From assembly GCF_001194135.2 (NCBI RefSeq), contig NC_069003.1, forward strand, positions 37,426,076-37,490,075: a stretch of 64,000 nucleotides of DNA, written 5' to 3'. The DNA is from Octopus bimaculoides (taxonomy: Eukaryota). The notes beneath the pieces are model-generated. The model searched no databases and was not told where the DNA came from. It saw only the letters and a program-made list of their open reading frames with translations. Position 1 is the first letter of the stretch, and each line of letters starts with the position of its first letter. Made by a program: the position numbers and the translations under genes. Positions 38,155 through 50,658 of this stretch are shown one piece after another.

Positions 38155-39206
38155 GTAACTAAACCACCTGTTTCTCTGTGCAGCTGTGTGTCTACCTACT
38201 AATTGTCTGATTTAATCTCTTATCTGCCAGCTTGCTTGGTTGCCTGTCTAATCATTTATCAGTTCATTTGTACCTCTGTTTATCTGAATGTCGGGCCTGC
38301 TGGCCTGACTACCTGTCTCACTGTCTGTCTGTCTTTTGGTTTGTGTGTCAATTTGATCATTTGACTCCCTGTCTCTCTGTCTGCCTCCTGACTGTTTGCC
38401 TGCCTGTTTATCTGTTTGTCTGTTAGATAGACTTGTTATCTACATTTTAATATTTTCCGTGGCTACTTTGCTTATCACTGTCTGGCTGTCTCTTTGTCTC
38501 TGTTCAACTGACAGAATGATCATTTGTGTTTTTGTCCATCAGCCTAGACATATAATACTACTGTCTGCTTTCTGTACATACATATGATTAATGGCCTGCC
38601 TTTCACTGTTTGTATGCCTGTCAATCTACACCAACATTGGAGTTATCTTTCATTAAAGAAATGCTAAAAGTATTTTAAAATATTTCAAAAACAACCCCCC
38701 ACAAAATAGGAATCTCATTCACACAAATATTGTCGAAAATAGCTTATTTAGGAGAATATACATCCTTATAAGGATTATATCAATACAGAAAAATAACCTT
38801 ACACAAGGAAACTGTTCATCCGTGTAGAAACTGTTATATGTACAAACATAGCGCATATACAAACACACACACACCACACATATGAATACACATGCACACA
38901 CATAATGTACACGCCCATCCAAGTCATAAATACATAATACATTCAAGGTGCACACATACATGTTTTGTACAAACATATCACATACACATAGGGATGTGTT
39001 GTTGAAAATAAGATATTTATTTACACATATTACTGATACTGCTGTGAGAGGTGAATAAACAATATCACAGGCTGAAAAACATTAGCAAATATGAGTTTTT
39101 CTAAACATTCCATTAAGTATCTTCCAATATTCAACAACCCTGGCAACTGAACTCAATACCACCAGGCGTTTTATCTGGTGCTCTACTGTTTCTGACAGTG
39201 GCCACC

Positions 39207-39239
<33 letters not shown>

Positions 39240-40557
39240 CCTAATAACTGATGTATCAATCGTAACAGATGACAATATATTTCTAAAAGAAATAGAGAAA
39301 CTATTGAACTGCTAAGATATAGAAATCAAAATAACTCAAATGTGGAGCCTGGAAACAGAAACAATCCCGATAATAATAAACGCTTCAGATGTGATAAAAA
39401 AACATGCAAACAAATACATAGCAAAAACACAAGGACCTATGAATATACATAACTTACAACCCTTGACCCTGAAAAGATGAAAAGCAAAGTTGACCTCAGC
39501 AGGATTTGAACTCAAAATGTAAAGGGACAGAAAAATATAGCAAAGCATTTTTCTAACATGCTGAGGATTCTACCAGCTGCTGTTATTGTTGCTTTTATAA
39601 GTTTCCCCCCTTTTTGTAGCATGTTGGTGCTGCTGTTTTAGGGTTGACAGCAGTGCCAACCTTATATATTTTGCCCTCTGCTGTGGACAGTAGATCCTTA
39701 GGTTGTGATTGGTACCACATATGTAGTATTTAAGTCTTTCCCTTTCTACACGCAAAAGCAGATGGTTACTGTTTGGGAGCTTGATCAGACTGGAAATGCT
39801 TTCAAGTTTTTCCTGGTACATTTGGATCAGAAGCTCCATCCCTTTTCCTGATCAGCTCCGATCCTCTCCAAGATGACTACCTTGTCCTTCACATCGATCA
39901 AAATCACTACCACCACTCATCTGGTGTTTATTTCCAGCAGCATTATTCAACATCCTCATTATCACTGACTTGCCTATGTATGAACAATGACAATGAACTA
40001 TCCACTGTTGATTAAGGCAGGATTGGCGCTTTACTTTGTCTTCGGTGAGGAATTTAAACATCCATTGTTCCACATCACCAGGATTGGTAGCTGTTCCTCT
40101 ATAGCCACACTTCTCTGAAACATTCTTCCACCAGCACATATTGCCTGTGCACCAACATTTATGCCGATACATATTACGATGAATTTTTTTACATTCTACA
40201 TCAAATGGAATGGCTGATAATGACTTTTCTGCCATATTCTTGTATGAACTCTGATTTCTTTCAATTGTTTTCTCTGTGAATCAATTGTTCTGTGGGTCCA
40301 GCTTCACCAACAAAGGAGTTAATCCCAGCAGCAGCAGCCGCCTTTCAATAGCTTCTGTTGTTGCTACAGGCTGCTTCAGTGGAAGAGAGGATGGTGTTGA
40401 GGTAATTTTAGATGTTGCTATTATTTTTGCCACTTGCCATGTTATTGTTGTTGTGGTTGCTGCAGTTGCAATCAGCATTGCTATTTTTAATTGTGTTGTT
40501 TTACTATTTCTTTCTTATTGGCTGCCATATGGTGTCATGCCCTGCTCTCCATCCAAG

Positions 40558-40710
40558 GAGGATGAAGTGCTGTTGCCACAAATAAGCTTGTTGACAACCA
40601 AGATTTCAAAGGAAATGTTCATCAACTGCCAAAACTCACCACTTTCAAAGTGTTGTGTTTCCAAGAAAACGGAAATCAAGTAAATAGGAATGGCAAAAAA
40701 AGTCAATAAA
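40558..40710 (+). CDS. Candidate distal terminal exon (Gly-Gly-stop at 40563-65; 3' UTR to AATAAA at 40705)
   Basis: AG-free tract then ccAAG|GAGGATGA; paralog of 19223; lies after the last repeat exon and before the ERICH3 promoter. Confidence 0.45.
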
Positions 40711-42245
40711 ACAATATAACAACATCTACACAAACAGTATTTGTTTGAAATTTATATATTCATTTCTCTCTCTCTTTTTCCTTTTATTTATTTTTTTTAT
40801 CACACTCTGCCTTTACATATATAAAATATAAATGTAAATATGTAAGTATATCAATTTACAATACCAGGAGGTCTTAAATTTCTCGACCAAACAGAATCCG
40901 AAACAAAATTAGGTATAAAACATTGGTGATAACATGATTTAGAATCCTAGTGGAAACCTGATGAGTAGCAAAGGAAGCAAACTAGAAACCAAAAATCATC
41001 AAACAGCACTTGGAATAAACTTTTGGTAATACAGAGTTAAATATTAAACAATTTTAAAAATATACATGCATAAGACCAGCAGTCTCTCCTCTCCATGCCA
41101 TGAAATGTTATCCAAAGGAAAGGCAAAGGCACCAAGTGACGTCGCAACTCATTTCTACAGCTGAGTGAACTGGAGCAAGGTGAAGTAAAGTGTCTTGCTC
41201 AAGAACACAACAGAAAAGCCTGGGAATTAAATTCACTATTTCTTGATTTTGAGCCTGACCCCCTCACCACTGAGCCCTGCGTCTTCACACACACACACAC
41301 ATTGATTAGTTATAGGACTAAATAAAATCAACACATAAGTGGAGACATGTGGCTTAGTGGTCAGGGTGTTGGACTCATGATTGTAAGATTGTGATTTCAA
41401 TTCCTGGACTGGACAATGCATTGTGCTCTTGAGCAAGACACTCTTTCACGTTACTCCAGTCCACTCAACTGGCAAAAGTGAGTAATCCTGCAAGAGACTG
41501 GTGTCCCGTCCAGGTGGGGAATATTATACATCATTGAAACTGGGAATGGCTCGAGAAGGAGACATTTTATTTTACATCAACACAAAGGACGCCAGAAATG
41601 GCTAGGTACAATAACGTAGGGTTCACAGTGAAGTAAAACAACAAATGAAAGTATCATGTTTTGGTAGGAGACTTGTAGATATGTAAGTCCCAAATCCAGT
41701 TTAAACCATAGATCCAACTCAGGACTGGTTCTAGGAACAGTGTAGGTATAAAAAAAGAACACAAATAGAATTTAAAACTTTGGAAGAATTTTATTGATGC
41801 ATTCATAGATTACATCACAGCATTTAATCCACCATCTTCAGGTAAAATTTTAAACACATATAAACAGGTGAGATAATACCTTGATTATGACAAGTCCAAC
41901 CAACGTTTTTAGATAAGTGGTATTTTAAAAAATAATATTTGAATTCATAGAGAAATAAGGAGTGGCTTTGACAAGGATGTGAGCAGCAAAGAGATCAAAT
42001 GACTCTATCAATTCAAAATATTTATCTTAAGAAGTTTATAGCCAATCCTGGCTATGAGAACAGACAAAAATCACAGAGATGCTGTAGCCAAAAGACGTAT
42101 TTTAGGTCATGAAAGGCAGGAAGATGAAAGTCAATTGAGTGAGATAAAAGAAAGTAAACATCAGGGCAGCAGAAAGTCATAAAACTCATTGCCTTTTCAT
42201 GAAGGTAGATATCCACCCTGACCACCACCACCACCACCACCACAC

Positions 42246-42620
42246 ATGCATACAAAGTTATCAGTGAAAGTAATGTTCATATGTGGAAGATGCACAGGGG
42301 CCATAAAAACTACAGATACTCAAGAAATTGATTTTCTCAAGTGCTCCAGAGGCTCATTAGAGGTAGTGGATAATTTCTGCTACCTGGGGGACCAAATTAG
42401 TCATGGGGGAGGATGCACAAAGTGTGTAATAGCTTGAATAAGAAAATTGAGAGGGTTTTACCACTGTTGACAACCAAATGCTTCTCTCTCAGAGTAAAAG
42501 GAAGATTGTATGATGCAGGTATGCAAAACAGCAATTCTACATCATATTGAGTTGTGGGCTCTGAATGCAGAGGACAGGTAAAAACTGGAGAGGAATGAGG
42601 CTTGTACGCTTCATTGAATG
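42246..42620 (+). mobile_element. RTE RT fragment
   Basis: LEVVDNFCYLGDQI…GG. Confidence 0.7.
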
Positions 42621-43055
42621 TGTAAAGAAAGAAACGTGTGTGTAGTGGTTAGCGATCTATATATGTATATGTATGTATGTGTGTATATATTTGTGTGTGT
42701 GTCTGTGTTTGTTCCCCCACCATCGCTTGACAACCGACGTTGGTGTGTTTACATTCCTGTAACTTAGCTGTTCGCCAAAAGAGAATAAGAACTAAGCTTA
42801 CAAAGAATAAGTCGATTTGTTCCACTAAAGGCGATGCTCCAGCATGGCCGCAGTCAAATGACTGAAAGAAGTAAAACAATAATTGCTACTATTTAGTGTC
42901 ATTTTCCCCATCAATCTAAGAATTCACAAGTGTAGATAACTCTTGTCTTACTCCATTCATTATATTTCAGACTTATCTTTCCTGTTTAGGAAATTTTCTC
43001 TCTCTCTCTCTCTGTGCTTGTGTGTATGTGTGTATGTGTGGTGGAGAGAATGTTT

Positions 43056-43088
43056 GTTTTCTAGCAACGAAGTGGACACTATGGCAAC
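43056..43088 (+). promoter_or_regulatory. Two RFX X-box-like sites upstream of ERICH3
   Basis: GTTTTCTAGCAAC (43056-68) and GACACTATGGCAAC (43075-88) in a CpG-retaining patch about 140 nt upstream of the first ATG; RFX regulates ciliary genes. Confidence 0.5.
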
Positions 43089-43221
43089 AGACATGACTAA
43101 CTTTCTGATGCCACTATAATTCGCGTATATTTATTTATTCAAGCACATAACAGAAACGCATGTGAATTCTGACGTGCGCACGCGCTTATATTCTCCAAGC
43201 TTAAACTTTGTCGTTTCAATT

Positions 43222-43241
43222 ATGATTAGTAACCAACGTTT
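43222..43241 (+). CDS. ERICH3: ERICH3-like coding exon 1 (MISNQRL)
   Basis: ATG at 43222, TT|GTAAGT donor; phase 2 matches the acceptor at 47668 exactly. Confidence 0.55.
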
Positions 43242-43340
43242 GTAAGTAAATGTGTTTTTTTTCACACTTCATAAATTTAAGAGCGTCATTTACATGTCTC
43301 AGTATATATATATACCACGAACAGACATACCCACACACGC

Positions 43341-43387
<47 letters not shown>

Positions 43388-44040
43388 CATAGGGGTTGAA
43401 AAAAATGGAAACCCCTAGCATCATAATTTTGAAATATCTATAAAACTGTCAAAAGCTTGTTTATTTTTATGTTTTTCTTTTATTTATTGTTAGTGTTGCT
43501 TAATATGATTTGCTAAAATTGCTGTTTCTTTTTAGATATCATCAGCAAAAGGTAATTAAATTTCATTAAAATAACAGATCTATCGGACTTTCAAAGAGGT
43601 CAAATTGTTGGTGCTCGTATGGCAAGCGCTAGCATAACGAAGACAGCCGAAATGTTTGGTGTATCAAGAAGTATTGTCTCGAAAGTAATGACAGCCTTTG
43701 ACAAAGAGGGAAAAACCTCCTTGTCAAAGCAAAACTCTGGAAGGAAACCAAAACTTTCAGATAGAGACCATCGGACTCTTATGCGAATTGTTAGAAAGGA
43801 TCACAAAAGTAGAGATCCCAAAATTACTGCAGAGCTTCATGACCACCTCAAGAACCTAGTTTCCACGAAAACTGTTCGCTGGGAGCTGCACAAAACCGGA
43901 TTTCACGGGCTGAAATCAGAAAAACCACTACTTTCAAAAACAGACATTGCAAAGCGTTTAGAGTGGAGTAAAAACCTACAGAATTGGTCCTTAGAGGATG
44001 TGGAAGAATGTTATTTTCTCATCCTTTCCCTTATTTCCGA
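43388..44040 (+). mobile_element. Tc1-like element, 5' part (paired-type DNA-binding domain), truncated
   Basis: GGGGTTGAAAAAAATGGAAAC TIR-like start; DLSDFQRGQIVGARMA…GRKPKLSDRD…KPLL. Confidence 0.85.
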
Positions 44041-44910
44041 CCACCGGCCAAATATATATATATATATATATATACATATATCGTTTATAAAATCATCAGT
44101 ATATTTGTTGAGAGAGGACTTCACCATTTACATCCTAATTCAATGAGCAATGTTCAATTGATTAAAAAACTGAATAGTCATCATTGAAACTGGTGGAGAT
44201 CCATTTACTTGGAAACATTAGGTAACCTCAAACAAAAGTGTAACTGATGTCATTGACTCCAATAATTGTACTGGTTCAACAAGCTTTGAATTCTAACAAT
44301 CTTTATACTAGCAGTTCACTAATTAATGTTGATATTGACGTTTGTGAATTACAGTGTCGATAAAATAACAATGTGTATAACATTAATAATGAATATACAG
44401 ATGTAACCAGCAGAATAATTCAGCTAACACCATTCCATGTTTGTATCTACATTATAAATGTTGTTTAATCAACAATTTAATATGCATTTGTATATACAAT
44501 ACAAATGCTAGACACATTATCATTTTAATATAACGCTGTTTCATGTGTGTGTCTGTTAATGTTGATAATGAAAACTGCGAATAATATTGGTTTCAAATGT
44601 TGGTACAAGGCCAGCAGTTTTGTGGGAGAGGCCGAATCAATTACTTCAGGGCTCAACTGCTACTTTTCTATTGACCATGAAAGAATGAAAAGCAAACATC
44701 TACTTCAGCAGAATTTGAACTGGGAATGTAAAAACGGACAAAATGCTGCTAATTCTTATGCCCAGTGAACTAACGGTTCTGCCATTTTGCCACCTTAAAA
44801 CTGTGAATAATATTGATCAAGAGGACTGAATGGTAATGTTAATAATCTGGTCTAATGTTCGTAGTGATGGTTTGAATGATAATGTTGACTGCGTAATCTA
44901 TGGAAGATAA

Positions 44911-45880
44911 TGAATGATAGAAATGAGTAGAATGATGACGGGGTGGATTGAGTGGGTACTATGAATGACAGAGATGAGTAGAATGATGACGGGTGGATTG
45001 AGTGGGTACTATGGATGACAGAGATGAGTAGAATGNNNNNNNNNNNNNNNNNNNNNNNNNNNNNNNNNNNNNNNNNNNNNNNNNNNNNNNNNNNNNNNNN
45101 NNNNNNNNNNNNNNNNNNNNNNNNNNNNNNNNNNNNNNNNNNNNNNNNNNNNNNNNNNNNNNNNNNNNNNNNNNNNNNNNNNNNNNNNNNNNNNNNNNNN
45201 NNNNNNNNNNNNNNNNNNNNNNNNNNNNNNNNNNNNNNNNNNNNNNNNNNNNNNNNNNNNNNNNNNNNNNNNNNNNNNNNNNNNNNNNNNNNNNNNNNNN
45301 NNNNNNNNNNNNNNNNNNNNNNNNNNNNNNNNNNNNNNNNNNNNNNNNNNNNNNNNNNNNNNNNNNNNNNNNNNNNNNNNNNNNNNNNNNNNNNNNNNNN
45401 NNNNNNNNNNNNNNNNNNNNNNNNNNNNNNNNNNNNNNNNNNNNNNNNNNNNNNNNNNNNNNNNNNNNNNNNNNNNNNNNNNNNNNNNNNNNNNNNNNNN
45501 NNNNNNNNNNNNNNNNNNNNNNNNNNNNNNNNNNNNNNNNNNNNNNNNNNNNNNNNNNNNNNNNNNNNNNNNNNNNNNNNNNNNNNNNNNNNNNNNNNNN
45601 NNNNNNNNNNNNNNNNNNNNNNNNNNNNNNNNNNNNNNNNNNNNNNNNNNNNNNNNNNNNNNNNNNNNNNNNNNNNNNNNNNNNNNNNNNNNNNNNNNNN
45701 NNNNNNNNNNNNNNNNNNNNNNNNNNNNNNNNNNNNNNNNNNNNNNNNTGACGGGTGGATTGAGTGGGTACTATGAATGACAGAGATGAGTAGAATGATG
45801 ACGGGTGGATTGAGTGGGTACTATGGATGACAGAGATGAGTAGAATGATGACGGGTGGATTGTGTGGGTACTATGGATGA
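44911..45880. repeat. 50-bp minisatellite spanning a gap
   Basis: Unit ATGACAGAGATGAGTAGAATGATGACGGGTGGATTGAGTGGGTACTATGR on both sides of the N-run. Confidence 0.9.
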
Positions 45881-46499
45881 AAGTGATTATATTCAGAACT
45901 GCTTGATGTTGATGTGATGACTTGTGAATGATATTAAGGTTCATACCTGTGAATCACAATGTTGTTCTTATTATTGCACAGCCCCAAGCGCACCCTTAAC
46001 CAAGCAGATCTATATTCAGAGACAATCCAGTCATGACCTTTTCCCACACTTGTCTCTTCTGTTTCAAGATGTTATACGTATTTTGAGGGAGATTTAACTC
46101 TATTGCCCTACGGGTTGTGTAACCCCAAAGAGGTGCCCTCGTGGGCTCCTGAATGATACTTCTGTCTGCAAGGATGCATAAAAATGATGGTGATTTTCAA
46201 GAATCCAGCTTTACAAACCAAAGCAGACAATTGAGCTTGGCACAGTCCTTGGGCTCTTTGATTCTTGTCAAGCCATTCAACCTATTCCAGTATGGATGAT
46301 GAATGCTAAATAATGATGATAATGATTATGATGATGATGATAACAGTGACGATGATGATGATGCTGGTATGCACAACTGCATGTTAAGTGTAGACAGTGA
46401 CTGATAAATTAGTAATGAAGGCTGAATAGTAATGTTGGACTGTGAGAACTGTGTTGATTTGATAAAACAAGCTGTGACATGTTACAAATAAATCTGACA

Positions 46500-47345
46500 A
46501 TAGATCAGCCACAATCAATACCAATAATTTTTCCATGTTAATTTTCTTTTCCTTTTTTTATTATTTTTTTCTTGCTTCCATACCTGGAACTTCTCTAGTT
46601 CTTGTTGAGATACAGTAATAAGAGCAAGGTCATCAGCATAGAGGAGCTTCCAAAGGCAGCCTGTCTGAAATTCCTTTGTTATTGCCTGGAGGACTATGAT
46701 AAACAAGAGGGGGCTGAGCACTGATCCTTGGTGAACCCCTACATGTACCCTGAATTCTTTGCTGTGCTCATTGCCTCACTTTACTGGTAGCATCCCTGTA
46801 CATAGCTTATACAGTTCTCACCAATCACTCATCTATCCCTAGCTTCCGCATCAACCACCAGATAAGGGATCGGGGGACCCTGTCAAAGGCTTTCTCCAAG
46901 TCAACAAAGGCCAAGTACAGAGGTTTATCCTTGGCTAGGTATTTCTCCTGCAGCTGCCTTACCAGAAATATAGCACCAGTGGTGCTTCTCCCTGGCACAA
47001 AACCAAACTGCATCTCGTCTAAATAACTCTCTCCCTAATTAGTTGGGCTGTGACTCTCTCTGTAACCTTAATTACCTGATCCAACAATTTGATACCTCTG
47101 TAATTATTTCTATCTAAGGCATCACCTTTACCTTTGTAGCAGTTGACTATGGTGCTGCTACACCAGTCATTGAGTATGACTCTTTCATATAACACCTGAT
47201 TTACAACATGGGTGACTAGACCGTAACCTACACCATCAGATATTTTAAGCATCTCAGCAGTGATTCCTGATGGGCTGGGGGCTTTCCCTGTCTTCATATC
47301 CTTAATTGCTTTATCTATCAAGGAGCTGTCAATTTGGGTAGCTGG
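46500..47345 (-). mobile_element. RTE LINE RT fragment
   Basis: GKAPSPSG, QFGFVPGRSTT, FVDLEKAFDRVPR, LSPLLF, LLYADD. Confidence 0.95.
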
Positions 47346-47667
47346 TCCCTAAATTGGGTCAACATTTGGCAGCCTCTCCTCTTCCCATTCATTCTCCATG
47401 TTCAGCAGTCTTTCATAATGACATTTCCAAGCCTCTTTCTTTGCAGTATTCTTTACCGACAGATTATATTTTGATAGTGAGAGTAAATATATGTTTATTA
47501 AACAAATTGTTCATCATTTACACATACACACACACACAACTTATACTATACGCACAAATGCACACATATATGCAAACACATGTAATGTGCACTCATGTAG
47601 ATTATATGTTATATAATGTTGTGTGTGTGTATACAGATGTTTTTGTTATTAATCAAACTCGTTACAG

Positions 47668-47758
47668 AATCAGCGAGTACAACAGTCTCACCGACTCCAA
47701 CCTCACTGCGTATTTTAGCAACAGATATCTTCGGAGGCATTTAAGGAAAATTGGATTG
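47668..47758 (+). CDS. ERICH3: ERICH3-like exon 2 (ISEYNSLTDSNLTAYFSNRYLRRHLRKIGL)
   Basis: Matches the ERICH3 N-terminal signature YNSL.D..L..YF.N...RRHL...GL; ttacAG acceptor, GTAAGT donor. Confidence 0.9.
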
Positions 47759-48748
47759 GTAAGTACTTTTAATTGTAATTGCTCCATAACATACTGTAGA
47801 GATGAAATAGCATATTGCATAACATATGCAAATCTGTTCTTCTATGCTTCACCATTGGTCAAGCATACATGTCACTTAACTACCCTGCTAGTCATTTGGT
47901 AATTCTCCCTACTAATAGGGAAAAAATTAGTCTAAAGTATGGATGGTATCATTCTTTAGTTTATATATACAAGTATAAATGATCTTTGACTTCTCCCAAA
48001 TAAATAAAATCATATGCTGCTTATAGAAATATAGATGTTCTTGCATCTATCTTGCATTTGACTTGGCAGAATCGTTTTATGTCTCAGCTAAAATCTGTCA
48101 ATGCATTTTCATTTATACGAAAAGGTAGGCTCACATAAGGTTACAGAATTTATTTAGAAGGGTTTGGATTGAACATCAAGAACCAGCTACATATGCTTGG
48201 ATTGAACATCGAGAACCAGCCACATACACTATTTATATATCATGACAAGTGTTCTATTATGTGTGTTCTGTGTTCTTTCAGATGCTCTTGCGAAGAGGCC
48301 ATGTGAACAGAAAGGCTAGGCACTCCTGGCCGGTGAATAGGGCCATGTGACAAGTGAAAAATTGTTAAGAGCCAAAATTATAGTTAACCTAGTTGACAGT
48401 AAGCTTAAGGATATATCTTCATGCATGAATGCATTTACATGGTATATAAGCGTGTGTGTGTGAGGAGGGTATTATTTACATGTGGAAACATTGGGTGGCA
48501 AACAAGGTGATCCCATTGAGATGGGATGCTGCACACACACGCACACATATTCAGGCATGGTTGTATGGTTTAGAAGTTTGCTTCCCAACCACAGGGTCTT
48601 AAGCAAGTGTCTTCAACTAATGCCCTTGGTTGGCCAAAGCCTTGTGAGTGAATTTGGTCACATGTAATCTAAAAGAATCCCATTATATGTGTGTGTGTAT
48701 TTACTTATATATACACACTGCTGTGCTTACCTCCCCTCTATTACATAG

Positions 48749-48946
48749 ATCAATAAAAGAGGTGAAATTATTCCTGAGTCAACATATCGGGCGAACATCA
48801 GCCGTGCTGAACAGCAGGAGCAAGTGAAGGAAGCATTAGCTCAAGCCATTGTACATAAATCTGTTGATCTGCAACTGAAGAGAGAAAATGAAATCAACCA
48901 GAAAGTGGAAGAAATATCTAAGCTGGAACTGGTTCGAAAAATGAGG
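48749..48946 (+). CDS. ERICH3: ERICH3-like exon 3 (INKRGEII…EALAQAIVHKSVDL…KLELVRKMR)
   Basis: LAQAI.HK..D motif of ERICH3; 198 nt, phase 0-0. Confidence 0.9.
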
Positions 48947-50490
48947 GTAAGAGTTTCATTTTAAACTTTTTTCTATAGAACCCTTTCTATATAATCCTTT
49001 CGTATATAATGTATGATATAACACAGTATTATGTAGTGGTTCTTACAACAATATTACACTATACAGTATATCAGGGTTATTTATTGTACCTCATTTATGT
49101 TTGCTGGTTATTCAAATGGTGTGCGCTGCATCACAATTATATACAATGTCTCACAGTTTTATTTCATGAATCATTTGAAATGTGCTGGCTGTTACATCAA
49201 AATACACTGTATCACAACAATGAGTTGTGGCAAAGGTGCTTGAAAACCAGAAGAACATCTCTGGAAGACAATAAGCGATGTGGAAGACCTACCATGAGTG
49301 TCATGCCCGGAAATGTGGTATTGTGCCTTGAGAATATGTTCTCCAGGACCAGGCCATCAATCGAGAGTTCTACTGTAACATTTTGAAGCATTTGAGGGAG
49401 GAGGACATTTGGTGAAAGTGACTGGATCTGTGCAGCACAAAGAATTAAATTCTTCACTGAGCTCTCCTCATGAGTTTCTTGCCAAAATCAACATGGTATC
49501 ACTTCTGCACCTGCCTGGTTCACCATATTTAGGACTTGTGGACTTCCATCTCTTCCCTAAGATGAAAATGCAGCTCAAAGGTCATCATTTTAACGACATT
49601 GTTGGGATCTAGGGCAATTGAAGAAAGTCCTCAACTTGCTTATGGAAAACGACTTCCAGGCCAGATTCCAAAAGTGGCAGGAACACTGGGACTGGTGTAT
49701 CGTTGCACAAGGTAACTATTTCGAAGGAGATGATGTTAAAACTTAGGTAAATAAGTTATTTTTTTATTAAATGTAACTGGTTCAGGAACCTTTTGATAAT
49801 TGCCTCGTTTGTAGAAATATCACAGAAATATAGTGTCATCGCATCATACAGTGTTTCTAGATTGTTATAGTTTATGAAGATATACATTCCACACCTGCTA
49901 CGAACAGAACAGGATTGCAGAAGCACAAAGAAAATGTGAACTACACAAGTCCAGGGTCAATTACTTGCCTTCAGTTCCAACAGTCCACTAGTGTCCGAGC
50001 AGCAGCAGAGACTTCTGAGAATGCATTGGAATAATCGACCACAGCCGGACACGCTGTGCCCATGTGATGTCCTTTCTTCATTAACAATGATGGATGGATT
50101 AATATATTCCAACAGTTACAACAGTCGGAGCTATGATTGAATATCACCTATCCTGATACTGTCACCATATATATCTTGTTAAAAATAACAAATTCCCTCA
50201 AATTACACCATACTGTCTGAGTAATATGGGCACATAGGCTTAAGTAATTCTGCATCAAAAAAAGAAGACAAGATGGGCATGAATGAAAGATTTTGTTTTT
50301 TATTTTTATCATACATCTGCTCACTCAGGGCTGATTTGTGACTAAATAACAATGATGACCACAGCTATCATTTTATCCCTACTACTGCTGTTGCATCCCC
50401 ATTCTATCCTACCACCTCAACACTACAATAAATTACCAACTTCCCAAATGGCAACATCAAATCAGTATTGCAGTTCTGTTTCATTTTCAG

Positions 50491-50658
50491 TCAGAGCGCT
50501 ATACAGCCAGAAGCCACACATTACTCACGTCTGCAACAAGTCGAGAGTCTCTGTCAAGGCGTGCAAGCTCTGTAGCTGGAAGCATGCGACACCAGCCTTG
50601 GACCAATTCACGACCACGGACTGCATATGAGCAACAAGGCACTCAGAACTCAGACATG
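50491..50658 (+). CDS. ERICH3: ERICH3-like exon 4 (SERYTARSH…RPRTAYEQQGTQNSDM)
   Basis: tcattttcAG acceptor, GTAAGT donor, 168 nt, phase 0-0. Confidence 0.8.

Noticed and set aside
38154-47668. One fused gene joining the repeat exons to ERICH3
   Set aside because: Phase mismatch (1 vs 2), an intervening terminal exon with AATAAA, and a separate promoter and first exon at ~43050-43241
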